NCBI GenBank assembly: GCA_903934285.1
Contig: CAIZNN010000154.1
Coordinates: forward strand, 6,878-70,877
Direction: 5' to 3'
Length of the DNA stretch: 64,000 nt
From: Akkermansiaceae bacterium
GTDB lineage: Bacteria > Verrucomicrobiota > Verrucomicrobiia > Verrucomicrobiales > Akkermansiaceae
The translations under genes and the position numbers were made by a program. How positions within the stretch are numbered: the first letter of the stretch is position 1; every line of letters starts with the position of its first letter. Below are positions 16,894-26,672 of the stretch, in pieces. The notes under the pieces were generated by a model. It did not search any database. It saw only the letters and a program-made list of their open reading frames with translations, and was not told the DNA's origin.

Positions 16894-18507
16894 TTAGAAC
16901 TTGCGCAACACCGTGTCGTGGCACAAGCGCTGCGCGGTGGCAGGATGGTCCAGGGTGAAATGGAGGCCGCGGGATTCCTGGCGCCGCACCGCACAATCGA
17001 CGATGAGGCTGGCGGCGGTGACCAAGTTGCGCAGTTCGAGAATGTCGGCGTTGACCCGGTGGCCCCAGTAGAACTCGCGGACTTCCTTGCCCAAATTGCG
17101 CAGGCGCGCGGCGGCGCGGCGCAAGCGGTTGTCGGTGCGGACAATCGAGACGTAGTCCCACATCAGGCGGCGGATCTCGTCCCAATTGTGATAGATGACG
17201 ACCAGCTCATCGGATTCGGCGGTGTTGCCCGGTTCCCACTCGGGGATGGGTGGGGGGGCTGGCGCTTGTTTGCTAGGGGCGAAGCGGCGGAGGATGTCGG
17301 CCATGGCCAGGCGCGCCATGACATTCCCTTCCAACAGGGAATTGGAGGCGAGCCGGTTGGCGCCATGCAGACCGGTGCAAGCGACTTCGCCGATGGCATA
17401 CAACCCGGCAATGCCGGTGCGGCCGGCGACGTCGGCGACCACCCCGCCGCATTGGTAGTGGGCGGCGGGCACCACCGGAATGGCCTGGGTTTCGCAATCG
17501 AGGCCGTATTTGAGCAGGTTCTCGTAGATATACGGGAAACGCTCGCGCATGAAGCCCTGCGGCTTGTGGGTGATATCCAGATAGACGCAGTCGGCCCCGG
17601 TGCGCTTCAGTTCGCGGTCGATGGCGCGCGCGACAATGTCGCGTGGTGCCAGCGACCCGCGCGGGTCGCTCAGCAGGGTGAAATCCTCGCCCTTGCCATT
17701 GACCAGAATGCCGCCTTCGCCGCGCACCGCCTCGCTAACCAAAAACGACCGCGCCTCCGCCCCGGTCGCGCCCGGGTTGTAGAAGCAGGTCGGATGAAAC
17801 TGGATGAATTCCATGTTGGCGACCGAGGCGCCGGCGCGCCACGCCAGCGCCACCCCATCGCCGGTGGCGGAGTCCGGATTGGTGGTGTAGAGATAGACCT
17901 TGCCGCAACCGCCGGCGGCGAGCACCACGCGGTCCGCGCGGAAAATGCTCACTTCGTTGCTGCGCGCATTGAGCACGTAGGCGCCCAGCACCCGGTCATC
18001 GGCCACCGCCCCGAGCTTGGCGGTGGTGATCAGGTCGATGGCGACGTGGTGTTCCAGCAGTGTGATGTTAGGGGTTTGGCGGGCGGTCTCAATCAGCGCC
18101 CTGGCGATTTCCAGGCCGGTGGTGTCGCGGGTATGCAACACCCGCCGGTACGAGTGCCCGCCCTCCTTGCCGAGCTGGAATTGCTCGCCCTGCTTGTCGA
18201 ACACCACGCCGTACCCTATCAAATCCTCGATGGTGGCGGCCCCCTCGCTGATGATGGTACGCACCGCGGCCTCATTGCACAGTCCGGCACCCGCATCGAG
18301 GGTGTCGGCCACATGACTCTCGATGGAATCCCCGCTGAAGCAAAGGGAAGGGGGCAGCACCGTGGCGATGCCGCCTTGGGCCCAGGCGGTATTGGACTCG
18401 TAAGCGCTGCCCTTCATCAGCACCAGCACCGAACCGTGGCGCGCGGCGCGCAAGGCAAACGACAGTCCGGCCACACCGGCACCAATGACAAGGAAATCTG
18501 CGGTCAT
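16894..18507 (-). CDS. nadB: L-aspartate oxidase
   Basis: DFLVIGAGVAGL, SNTAWAQGGIA, EGGHSYRRVLH, EFIQFHPT, SEAVRGEG, LAPRDIVAR, GLHGANRLASNSLLE and ESRGLH. Confidence 0.97.
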   Translation of the reverse strand: MTADFLVIGAGVAGLSFALRAARHGSVLVLMKGSAYESNTAWAQGGIATVLPPSLCFSGDSIESHVADTLDAGAGLCNEAAVRTIISEGAATIEDLIGYGVVFDKQGEQFQLGKEGGHSYRRVLHTRDTTGLEIARALIETARQTPNITLLEHHVAIDLITTAKLGAVADDRVLGAYVLNARSNEVSIFRADRVVLAAGGCGKVYLYTTNPDSATGDGVALAWRAGASVANMEFIQFHPTCFYNPGATGAEARSFLVSEAVRGEGGILVNGKGEDFTLLSDPRGSLAPRDIVARAIDRELKRTGADCVYLDITHKPQGFMRERFPYIYENLLKYGLDCETQAIPVVPAAHYQCGGVVADVAGRTGIAGLYAIGEVACTGLHGANRLASNSLLEGNVMARLAMADILRRFAPSKQAPAPPPIPEWEPGNTAESDELVVIYHNWDEIRRLMWDYVSIVRTDNRLRRAAARLRNLGKEVREFYWGHRVNADILELRNLVTAASLIVDCAVRRQESRGLHFTLDHPATAQRLCHDTVLRKF

Positions 18508-18676
18508 GAGCGCATGATAAGAGGCAATCCAGTCACTCGAAAAGATAATATTGCACCGCGCGGGCCGGGCGGCTCAAGAAGGGCGCGGACGCGCCCGTGG
18601 CTATATGGTTAGATCCGCCCGCCGCGAGGGCGGCGTGGCGGGCAATTGCGCTTGCGCGCCCGCCACGCTCTGGCTC

Positions 18677-18784
18677 GAAGACCGCACAGAGGACTGTGCG
18701 GACTACCCCGCTGAAGACCGCACAGAGGACTGTGCGGACTACCCCGCTGAAGACCGCACAGAGGACTGTGCGGACTGCCCGTAG
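18677..18784. repeat. Tandem 36-bp REP-like hairpin repeat x3
   Basis: GAAGACCGCACAGAGGACTGTGCGGACTACCCCGCT at 18677, 18713 and 18749; internal palindrome CCGCACAG-AGGA-CTGTGCGG; no unique spacers. Confidence 0.9.
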
Positions 18785-18857
18785 CGCAGCGGGCTTCTGT
18801 CTGCTACCGACAGCCGATTCCCGGTGGCCGGGACCGAATTCGGGTGTAGTGTCGCCA

Positions 18858-20864
18858 ATGCCCAATGCGCTGATCGACGAAACCTCGCCCTATCTGCTCC
18901 AACACGCCCACAATCCCGTCGCCTGGCAGGCGTGGGGTGAGGCGGCCTTCAGCCGGGCCCGCAGCGAAAACAAGTTGGTGTTTCTATCCGTCGGTTACTC
19001 GACCTGCCACTGGTGTCATGTGATGGAGCATGAGAGTTTTGAAGACCCGGCCATCGCCGAGCTGATGAACCGCCACTTCATCAATATCAAAGTGGACCGC
19101 GAAGAACGCCCCGACCTCGATGCCACCTACATGGCCTTTGTCCAAGCCAGTACCGGCCAAGGCGGCTGGCCCATGAGCGTGTGGCTCACCCCCGAGGCCA
19201 AACCGATCGCCGGCGGCACCTATTTCCCGCCCCGCGACGGCCACGGCCGCCCCGGCTTCCCGCGCCTGTGCACCGAGCTGGCCCGCCTGTGGCGCGACGA
19301 GCGGCCGCGGCTCGAAGCGGGCGCCGCTGGAATGTTAGATGAACTGCGGCGCAGCGCGGCCAGTGTGGCGCCGGCGGCCGGACTGGCCGGGCCGGAGGTG
19401 TTTGGCGCCTATCTCGATTATTGTGAAAAGTGTTACGATGGCGAGTGGGGTGGCTTCGGCGGCGCGCCGAAGTTTCCCCGCCCTGCCGTGATCCGCACGC
19501 TGCTGCAATTGGTCGAGCGCTGCGGCCCCGCCTCCACGGCAGGTGCCAGCGCCTGGGCCATGGCCGGGCACACCCTGCGTGCCATGGCGCAGGGCGGCCT
19601 GCACGACCACCTCGGCGGCGGCTTTCACCGCTATGCCGTGGACCGCTTCTGGCATGTGCCGCATTATGAGAAAATGCTCTACGACCAGGCGCAACTGGCG
19701 CTGGCCTATCTGGATGCCTGGCAAGTTTCCAGCGAGCCGGCATTCCGCGAGGTCGCTGAGGGGATCTTTGTCTATCTTCTAACCACCCTGCGCGATGCGG
19801 GCGGGGCGTTTCACGGCGCCGAGGATGCCGACAGTTTGCCAACGGCCGCGGCCGGCGAAATGCGCGAGGGCGCCTATTGGACATGGGAGGCCGGGGAGAT
19901 TGCCGCGCTGTTGGATGGGCGCGACGCGGCGATTTTCGCGGCGGCCTACGGCATCGCGCCCACCGGCAACGCCCGTCCCGCAAGCGATCCCCACGGCGCG
20001 CTGGCCGGCCAAAACACCTTGTTCCGCGCGCTGCCGGATGCCGCATTGGCGCTGCGCTTCGAGTGTGCGGAAACCGAAATCCGCGACCGCCTGCACGCCG
20101 CTTGCCGGATTCTGCTAGATGCCCGGTCGCGGCGCCCGCTGCCGCATCGCGATGACAAAATCGTCACCGCCTGGAACGGCCTGGCCATCGCCGCGCTGGC
20201 CCGCGGCGCACGCGTCTTGGCACGCGCCGATCTGGCGGCGGCGGCCGAGGCGGCCGCCACTTTCCTCCACCGCGAGTTATGGGATGGCGCCTCCTTGTTC
20301 CGCAGCTTCCGCGGCCGTCGCGGCGCCGTCCGCGCCTTCCCGGCCGATTTTGTCTTTCTCATCGCCGGCTTGCTCGACCTCCACGCCGTCGCGCCAGCCG
20401 GCGGGTGGCTGGACTGGGCGCACACCCTCCAACAACAACTCGATGCCGGGTTGTGGGACTCCGGCCACGCCGGCTATGTCATGCGCCCCACGCTGGGCGG
20501 CGACACCTTGCTGGTCATCCGCGAGGATTACGATGGCGCCGAACCTTCCCCCAACCATCTCGCCGCGGAAAATCTGCTGAAACTAGCCAGTTTGCTAGAT
20601 AACGACGCCTACCTCAGCCGCGCCGAATCCCTGCTTCGCGCCGGGACGCGAACCTTGGAAACCCAACCGTTTGCCGCGCCGGTTTTAGTCGCCGCCCTCG
20701 ACCTCCACCAGCGCGGCGTCATGAAAGTCCAAATCCCCCCCGCCGCCGCGCCTGATGTGCTGGAACAACTGCGCGCCAGCTACTTGCCGCGCGCCGTCCA
20801 CACCGCGGCTGCGGGCACCACCGTCGTCGTGTGCGAGGGGGGCAGCTGTCGCGCTTTGCCGTAG
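18858..20864 (+). CDS. Thioredoxin-domain protein, YyaL/SPATA20 family
   Basis: [66 protein letters not shown] and [10 protein letters not shown]. Confidence 0.95.
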   Translation: MPNALIDETSPYLLQHAHNPVAWQAWGEAAFSRARSENKLVFLSVGYSTCHWCHVMEHESFEDPAIAELMNRHFINIKVDREERPDLDATYMAFVQASTGQGGWPMSVWLTPEAKPIAGGTYFPPRDGHGRPGFPRLCTELARLWRDERPRLEAGAAGMLDELRRSAASVAPAAGLAGPEVFGAYLDYCEKCYDGEWGGFGGAPKFPRPAVIRTLLQLVERCGPASTAGASAWAMAGHTLRAMAQGGLHDHLGGGFHRYAVDRFWHVPHYEKMLYDQAQLALAYLDAWQVSSEPAFREVAEGIFVYLLTTLRDAGGAFHGAEDADSLPTAAAGEMREGAYWTWEAGEIAALLDGRDAAIFAAAYGIAPTGNARPASDPHGALAGQNTLFRALPDAALALRFECAETEIRDRLHAACRILLDARSRRPLPHRDDKIVTAWNGLAIAALARGARVLARADLAAAAEAAATFLHRELWDGASLFRSFRGRRGAVRAFPADFVFLIAGLLDLHAVAPAGGWLDWAHTLQQQLDAGLWDSGHAGYVMRPTLGGDTLLVIREDYDGAEPSPNHLAAENLLKLASLLDNDAYLSRAESLLRAGTRTLETQPFAAPVLVAALDLHQRGVMKVQIPPAAAPDVLEQLRASYLPRAVHTAAAGTTVVVCEGGSCRALP

Positions 20865-20882
20865 CTGCGCCGCCGCCGCCGG

Positions 20883-22553
20883 TTAGGTCGCGGCATCCGG
20901 CAGGCCGAGATGGTCGATGTAACGGTCCTCGAAGGCGGGTTGGAGATTCAGTTCGATGACCTCGATGCGACTGCGCAGCGATTCCATTTCTTCGAGTGCG
21001 CCGCGGTCCAGCAGGGCCAGCAGCGCGCCGGCCAGGGCGGTGTTGCCGACCACCTTGACCTGTGCCTCGGCAAACCCGGGCAAGAGGCCCATGCCGATGG
21101 CATGGGCCACTTCGATGTGCATGCCAAAGCCACCCGCCAGATAGACCCGGCCGATTTGCCGCGCCGAAATGCCGGTCACGTCTAACAATGTGTCGATGCC
21201 CGCGCCGATCGCCGCCTTGGCTTGCAGCAGGTGGGCGATATCGATCTCGCTGATGCGCGGGCCGCAGCCGCCGTGACTGCCCGCCAAGCGGAACGCCAGC
21301 CCGTCGCCATCCTCGATCCGATGCTGTGGCGGCACTTCCAACCAGCGGCGGCGATCAAAGCGCCCGTTGGCTTGAATCAGCCCGCAGGCGCGCCCGGTGG
21401 CGAGGAAATCGACATAAGCGGACCCGCAAATTCCGGCATCTGCCGCGGCGGGTTGGCCGCCGATGGTTTCGATCTCCACGGCAAAGGGTGCCAGCGCCAG
21501 CCGGATGGTCTCGATCGCCCCGGCTTGGGCGCGGGTGCCCGACGACAAGCCCGCCCCCTCAAACGCCGGACCGGCGGCGGTGGCACAACCGACGAGGCGG
21601 CCGTCCACGCACAACACCACCTCGCCATTGGTGCCCATGTCAACTAACAGGCTTGGCGTGAGATCGTAAGTCATGCCGGTGGCATGCACCCCGGCGGTAA
21701 TATCCGCCCCCACATAGGCGGCGAGACCCGGCAACAACTGCAACGGCATGGCTGGATCGAAGCCGCAGGCGGCCAGCCCGATGCCGGCGGCATCCAGCAC
21801 GCGGCCTTCCAGAAAGCGGGCGGTGAAGGGCGCGATTCCCAACGAGGTGGGATCTTCGTCGGCCAGAATGTGCAACATGGTGGTGTTGCCAGCCACCGCG
21901 CCACCGGCCAGGCACGCCGGATCGCGCCCCGCCCGTTCACAGGCCTTTTTCAACAACGGGGCGAGGGTCTCCTCGACCAGCGCCCGCCGCATCGCCTGGC
22001 GCACCGCCGGCGATGAACCCGCGCCGATGCGCGTCAGCACATTGTCGCCAAAGCAAATCTGCGCGTTGAAATCCCCGGCCCGCGACAGCACCTTGCCGGT
22101 GGCCAGTTCGACTAACAAAACGACCACGGTGGTGGTGCCGATATCCACGGCAAAGCCGAGATTGCGCCCCGCCGCGGGCGGAAACAGCGGCGCGATTCCG
22201 AACGGCACATCGATGATGAAAGTCTCACCCACCTGGGGCGCGGCGCCGAGTTGCGCGCGCTCGGGGATTTGCAACACCGCGCGGCCACCGGCCGGCAAGC
22301 GCATCTGGCAGGAGCGAATCAGCCCGCCGCCGGCGGCAACGAGCTCACCGGCGCCATCCACCAGCGCGCCCTCGCGCAATTCCACCATGCAGCCGCGGCA
22401 CCAGCCGCGCTGGCCGCAGCGGGCATTGAGCGGGAAGCCGTGCTGCGCCAACAGGTCGGTTAGGCTGCGCCCGGCCATGGCGGCGGGGATCTCCAAACAG
22501 TGGCGCTGCTTTGTGGCGCCGTCTTCTAACACGATTAACTGTGCATGTTTCAT
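20883..22553 (-). CDS. ASKHA-domain reductive activator of corrinoid proteins (RACo/DUF4445) with N-terminal 2Fe-2S domain
   Basis: CGQRGWCRGC..C ferredoxin motif, AVDIGTTTV, AGNTTMLH, YVGADITAG, DMGTNGEVVL, ATAAGPAFEG, GICGSAYVD and YLAGGFG. Confidence 0.9.
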   Translation of the reverse strand: MKHAQLIVLEDGATKQRHCLEIPAAMAGRSLTDLLAQHGFPLNARCGQRGWCRGCMVELREGALVDGAGELVAAGGGLIRSCQMRLPAGGRAVLQIPERAQLGAAPQVGETFIIDVPFGIAPLFPPAAGRNLGFAVDIGTTTVVVLLVELATGKVLSRAGDFNAQICFGDNVLTRIGAGSSPAVRQAMRRALVEETLAPLLKKACERAGRDPACLAGGAVAGNTTMLHILADEDPTSLGIAPFTARFLEGRVLDAAGIGLAACGFDPAMPLQLLPGLAAYVGADITAGVHATGMTYDLTPSLLVDMGTNGEVVLCVDGRLVGCATAAGPAFEGAGLSSGTRAQAGAIETIRLALAPFAVEIETIGGQPAAADAGICGSAYVDFLATGRACGLIQANGRFDRRRWLEVPPQHRIEDGDGLAFRLAGSHGGCGPRISEIDIAHLLQAKAAIGAGIDTLLDVTGISARQIGRVYLAGGFGMHIEVAHAIGMGLLPGFAEAQVKVVGNTALAGALLALLDRGALEEMESLRSRIEVIELNLQPAFEDRYIDHLGLPDAAT

Positions 22554-23290
22554 GGTTGGTTCTTGAGGGGGTCGGCGCGCACGATGGCGGCGTCCGGGGA
22601 ATGGCCGAGTTGTTGGCCGGGCGCAATGATTTGATAGCGCTGGTCATCCCAGGGCCCCCAGATCAAATCCCGCAACAACGCCAGATCGCCCTGGAGGTGC
22701 TCGAAGGTCCAGCCCAGATCCTGAGCGCAGGCCTGGGTGTAGGCCGCCTCGCGCGGGCCGGCGGCGGTGCCCAGATCGATGAAGGCGGCCGTATCGTAGT
22801 TGCTCCACATCTCCTGCTCGCTCTCGATGAGAAACTCGACATCCTCCGGCTCGAAGCGCTCCGCCAAACTCTCCTTGAGAAATGCCAGCCGGTCCGGTCC
22901 CGGCACGCGCCGGGCCAGGTTCCATCCCGGCGTGTAATAGTAACAGCCCGGGCAGGCCTCCTGCCTGCGGGCGAATTCCTCCTTGCTGCCCAGAAAAATC
23001 GCCCGGCAATCATGCGCGCGCGGAATGACCAGACGGTGGCGCCGGGTGTGCAAGCCGACCGTGCCACAGCCGCACAAGCCATACACTAACACGATCGCCT
23101 CGATGTCATCGCGCGCGTCGAGTTCCGTCACGGCCTGCTGCAGGATGCCGCGCATCACCTCCGGCCGGTCGTGCAGGGCGATTTCAAAAACCCGTTGCTC
23201 GATGATGTGGCTGGCACCCGCCGTGACCAGGGCGAGTTCGGGTTCAAACACATCACAGATCAGCAAGGCGATGGGAGGGGGCGGGTTCAT
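22550..23290 (-). CDS. DUF1638 family protein
   Basis: IALLICDVFEPE, LHDRPEVMR, VLVYGLCGCGTVGL, IPRAHDCRAIFLGS and YYYTPGW; this family typically neighbours RACo. Confidence 0.85.
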   Translation of the reverse strand: MNPPPPIALLICDVFEPELALVTAGASHIIEQRVFEIALHDRPEVMRGILQQAVTELDARDDIEAIVLVYGLCGCGTVGLHTRRHRLVIPRAHDCRAIFLGSKEEFARRQEACPGCYYYTPGWNLARRVPGPDRLAFLKESLAERFEPEDVEFLIESEQEMWSNYDTAAFIDLGTAAGPREAAYTQACAQDLGWTFEHLQGDLALLRDLIWGPWDDQRYQIIAPGQQLGHSPDAAIVRADPLKNQP

Positions 23291-24060
23291 ACAGTTGGAT
23301 CAATGGCTTGAGAAATGGCGTTGAGCTCCCCGTTGCGGGCTTGGTCGCGGTATTGTTTCGGGGTCATGCCGCGCAGCGCCCGGAACACATGAGTGAGATA
23401 ACTCTGGTCGCAAAACCCGCAGTCCGCCGCAATCTCCGCCAGCGACTGCGCGGTCTGAATCAGCAATTCACAGGCCGCCTGGACCCGCACCTCGCGCAAC
23501 AACTCCACGAACGAACTGCCGGTGCGCTCCTTGAGCAATTGCGTGAGATGGCCGGGGGAAATCCCAACGTGGCGGGCCAACTCGGTGCGGGTCAGTTCGC
23601 GCGCCATGTGCTGGCGCATGAAGCGCAGGGTGGCGGTGACGTACACGGGCACCTCGGACCGTTGTTGCAGTTCCATCGCCGTGAAAATGCGCTCCAGCGT
23701 CCCGCGCAACCACGCCGCCAGCGCCTCGTCGTCATCAATCTCCGCCAATTCCGCCAGATGGGAGAAATGCATGCCTAACAATTCCGTCTGGGACGCGCCG
23801 GCCTCCACCGCGGCGCGGGAAATCATCACCACCAACTCCAACAACAGTCCCTTGAGCAGTTCGTTGCGTTCCTCGCCCGCGCTGTAAATGTGCACCAGCA
23901 GGTGATTGATGATGCGCCGCGCCTCGCGGCGGTCGCCGAGCTTGATGGCCGCCAGCAAGCCCGGCTCCTGGTACAAATAAAACTCCCGGATCCGGTCAAA
24001 TGGATGCGCCTTGGTCGGGGCCATCGCGGGAAAATCGTTGCGGTTAGTCCGGGCGCTCAT
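23287..24060 (-). CDS. AraC-family transcriptional regulator
   Basis: C-terminal double HTH (ELARHVGISPGHLTQLLK..IAADCGFCDQSYLTHVFR..GMTPKQYR). Start 24060 or 24024. Confidence 0.9.
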   Translation of the reverse strand: MSARTNRNDFPAMAPTKAHPFDRIREFYLYQEPGLLAAIKLGDRREARRIINHLLVHIYSAGEERNELLKGLLLELVVMISRAAVEAGASQTELLGMHFSHLAELAEIDDDEALAAWLRGTLERIFTAMELQQRSEVPVYVTATLRFMRQHMARELTRTELARHVGISPGHLTQLLKERTGSSFVELLREVRVQAACELLIQTAQSLAEIAADCGFCDQSYLTHVFRALRGMTPKQYRDQARNGELNAISQAIDPTV

Positions 24061-24186
24061 GGTCCTGAATGAGGAGGCACGCCCCGGCCACCGCGGGATG
24101 GCTTGGTCGCGCCTGGGTGGAGGCGCCGGCAACGGCAGGATGAGAGGCGATCATGGCTGGGTTCGCGATCGTGGCATGCGGGCGGA

Positions 24187-25614
24187 TCACAGAATCGCCC
24201 CGGGGCAGTAGGCGGCCGCCGCCGGACTGGCCGCCTCGAGTTTCCTAACATCCATGGCGAACCTGGCGATTTGCGCCTGCGCGGCGCCGACCGCGCGCTC
24301 GGCGCTGCTGCCGCGGGCGACCACCGCGTCGAGGGTGGCGCGGGAGAGGCCGAGGCGGGGGTCGGCGGCCAGCCGCTCGATCAGATTGTTGTGCTGCACG
24401 GTGCCGTGGCGCAGGTCGCGCACCGTGGCGATGGCGTGTTCCTTGATGACTTGGTGGGCGGTTTCGCGGCCGACGCCGGCTTTGACCGCCTCCATCATGA
24501 TGGAGGTGGTCATCAGAAACGGCAGATAGCGCTGGGTTTCCGCGGCGAGCACCGCCGGCCACGCGTCCATCTGCTCCAGAATCGTTAGAAAGGTCTCCAG
24601 CAGCCCGTCGCTGGCGAAAAACGCGTCGGGCAGCATCACCCGCCGCACCACCGAGCAGGAAACGTCGCCCTCGTTCCACTGGTCGCCGGCGAGGCCCGCC
24701 GCCATGGTTAGATAACCTTTCAGGATGACATGGAAGCCGTTGACCCGTTCGCACGAGCGGGAGTTCATTTTGTGCGGCATGGCGCTGGAGCCCGTCTGGC
24801 CCGGCGCAAACCCCTCGCTGGCCGTCTCATGGCCGGCCATCAGCCGCAGCGTCTTGCAAAACGACGAGGGCGCCGAGGCCAGCTCGGTGAGGGTGGTGAC
24901 CACCCGCAAATCCAGCGAGCGGGGATAGACTTGGCCGACGTTGGTCCACACTGCGGGCATGGCCAGGTGCGCCACCACGCGTTGTTCGAGCGCGGCGACT
25001 TTGTCCGCATCGCCATCGAACAACGACAGCTGGTCGAGCTGGGTGCCCACCGCGCCCTTCAAGCCGCGCACCGCATAACCGGCGATGACGGTATCGAGCG
25101 CGGCCAGCGAACCTAACAACTCATCGCCGAACATCGCCACCCGTTTGCCCAGGGTTGTCGGTTGCGCCGCCACGTTGTGGGTGCGCGCGGTAATGACCCA
25201 GTCGGCCCACAACTCGGCGCGCTGGCGCATGCGGCTCAGGGCCGCCACGGTTTTGCCGCGGATCAGTTGCAGCGAGCGATACACCTGCAGTTGCTCGACG
25301 TTTTCGGTTAGATCGCGCGAGGTCAGTCCTTTGTGCACCTGCTCCTGGCCCGCCAGCGCATTGAATTCCTCAATCCGCGCCTTGACATCATGCCGGGTGA
25401 TTTTCTCCCGCGCCATGATCGAGGCGGTATCCACCTGGTCCTTGACCCGCTCATAGGCGGCGATCGCCTCGGCGGACACCGCCAGGCCCAGTTCGCGTTG
25501 TGCTTTGAGCACCGCGAGCCAGAACTCACGTTCCAGCACGATGCGGCCCTCGGTGGACCAGATCGCCTGCATGGCAGGGGAGGCGTAGCGTTCGGCAAGG
25601 ATGTTGGGAATCAC
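24187..25614 (-). CDS. purB: Adenylosuccinate lyase
   Basis: MIPNILAERYAS, ITRHDVKARIEEF, HKGLTSRDLTENV, ARTHNVAAQPTT and GSSAMPHKMN; promoter TTGTCA-N17-TAGGTT-N6-GTG. Confidence 0.96.
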   Translation of the reverse strand: MIPNILAERYASPAMQAIWSTEGRIVLEREFWLAVLKAQRELGLAVSAEAIAAYERVKDQVDTASIMAREKITRHDVKARIEEFNALAGQEQVHKGLTSRDLTENVEQLQVYRSLQLIRGKTVAALSRMRQRAELWADWVITARTHNVAAQPTTLGKRVAMFGDELLGSLAALDTVIAGYAVRGLKGAVGTQLDQLSLFDGDADKVAALEQRVVAHLAMPAVWTNVGQVYPRSLDLRVVTTLTELASAPSSFCKTLRLMAGHETASEGFAPGQTGSSAMPHKMNSRSCERVNGFHVILKGYLTMAAGLAGDQWNEGDVSCSVVRRVMLPDAFFASDGLLETFLTILEQMDAWPAVLAAETQRYLPFLMTTSIMMEAVKAGVGRETAHQVIKEHAIATVRDLRHGTVQHNNLIERLAADPRLGLSRATLDAVVARGSSAERAVGAAQAQIARFAMDVRKLEAASPAAAAYCPGAIL

Positions 25615-25727
25615 GGCCGCAACCTAAGTGGCCCGCCGCGGATTGACAAGTCAAAGTCTGCGCCCACCGCCACTGGCCATGAGGCGTGCCGTGGCAGGTG
25701 CCGCCCGGCCAGGCCCCGCGGCCTCGC

Positions 25728-25775
25728 CGCCGGTCTCAAGAAGGCCGGCCTCAAGAAGGCCGGCCTCAAGCCCAA
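25728..25775 (+). repeat. 15-bp tandem repeat (GCCGGCCTCAAGAAG) x~3
   Basis: gccggtctcaagaag gccggcctcaagaag gccggcctcaagccc; one frame reads AGLKK x3. Confidence 0.7.
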
Positions 25776-25896
25776 GAAGCCCCTGCTCAAGGAGGCGATG
25801 GAATGAGTCTTCAGGTGGGGGCGCACGCTTCCGGCCAAGGGCCAACACGGCGCGCCGTTGCACGGCGGCAAGCGCGTGCCCTCGCATGTGCGCTCC

Positions 25897-26105
25897 TCGT
25901 CAAGGGCCAACGGCCCGCAATATCACAGCTTTCCAAGCGCCAACGGCCGACGGAATGCCCGTTCGTCAAGGGCCAACGGCCCGAAATTCGTCAAGGGCCA
26001 ACGGCCCGAAATTCGTCAAGGGCCAACGGCCTGAAATTCGTTAGCCCAGGGCAACGCCCTGGGGTGTCAGATTCGTTAGAATAACGAGCCCTGAAGGGGC
26101 GACAC
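25897..26105. repeat. REP-like hairpin array: 25-bp unit TTCGTCAAGGGCCAACGGCCCGAAA x3 plus related hairpins
   Basis: Units at 25962, 25987 and 26012 (partial copy at 25897), then CCCAGGGC-AAC-GCCCTGGG and GCCCTGAAGGGGC. The GGGCC and CCCAGGGC stems share an AAC loop. Confidence 0.85.
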
Positions 26106-26196
26106 AACGGCATGAGGAGGGGCCCGGCAGGCGCGCGGCCGCGGGCCGCACGTCGCTTTGGTGGGGGGCGGGAAGCCGCAGGCTGAGGCGTTTGCC

Positions 26197-26493
26197 TCAG
26201 GCTTGGGCGGCGGGTTGGGCGGCGGGGATGCCTTTGCGGATATTGTCGAAGGTGGATTCGATGAGTTGCTTGCCTTGGTCGCCGTTGTTGTTATAGATGG
26301 CGGACATGGTCTGAATCGTGTTGGCGGCCGGGCCGGCAAAGTTGAAGGTGCAATTGATCACCTCGCATTTGTTGAGGACGAACGGGCCGTAGCCGAGCAC
26401 GACAAAGCGGCAGTCGCGGAATTCGCAGCTGTCGTATTCGTGGAAGTCGAGCAGGACTTCTTCATTCACAAAGGTGTTTTTGACGATTTTCAT
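26197..26493 (-). CDS. Hypothetical protein (98 aa)
   Basis: Clean ORF with host-like codons; periodic CEFRDCRF / CEVINCTF beta-rich N-terminus. Confidence 0.7.
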   Translation of the reverse strand: MKIVKNTFVNEEVLLDFHEYDSCEFRDCRFVVLGYGPFVLNKCEVINCTFNFAGPAANTIQTMSAIYNNNGDQGKQLIESTFDNIRKGIPAAQPAAQA

Positions 26494-26672
26494 GGCGTTT
26501 GTTAGGTGGGTGGTTGTTTGATGGGTGGGTACTCCGGTCCGTTCCGGGAAGTCCGCACCAGTTCAAACTGAATGGGTGAGGGGATCCCGTGAATGGGTTT
26601 GAGGGGCCATTGAAGGGGCTTTTTAGCCGCCGCGCAACCCTTTTGCCGGAAAAATGTCGGAAAAACCCGCGC

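Noticed and set aside
16891-18612. 573-aa plus-strand ORF
   Set aside because: Antisense shadow of nadB, typical of high-GC codon bias; no motifs.
18677-18784. 36-bp palindromic repeats as a CRISPR array
   Set aside because: Units are directly contiguous with no unique spacers and there are no cas genes; REP-like tandem.
18597-18857. N-terminal extension of the YyaL protein through the tandem repeat
   Set aside because: Translates the REP tandem; the family N-terminus (MPNAL..SPYL) and a -10 element point to 18858.
25962-26036. 25-bp repeats as a mini-CRISPR
   Set aside because: Head-to-tail identical units with no spacers.
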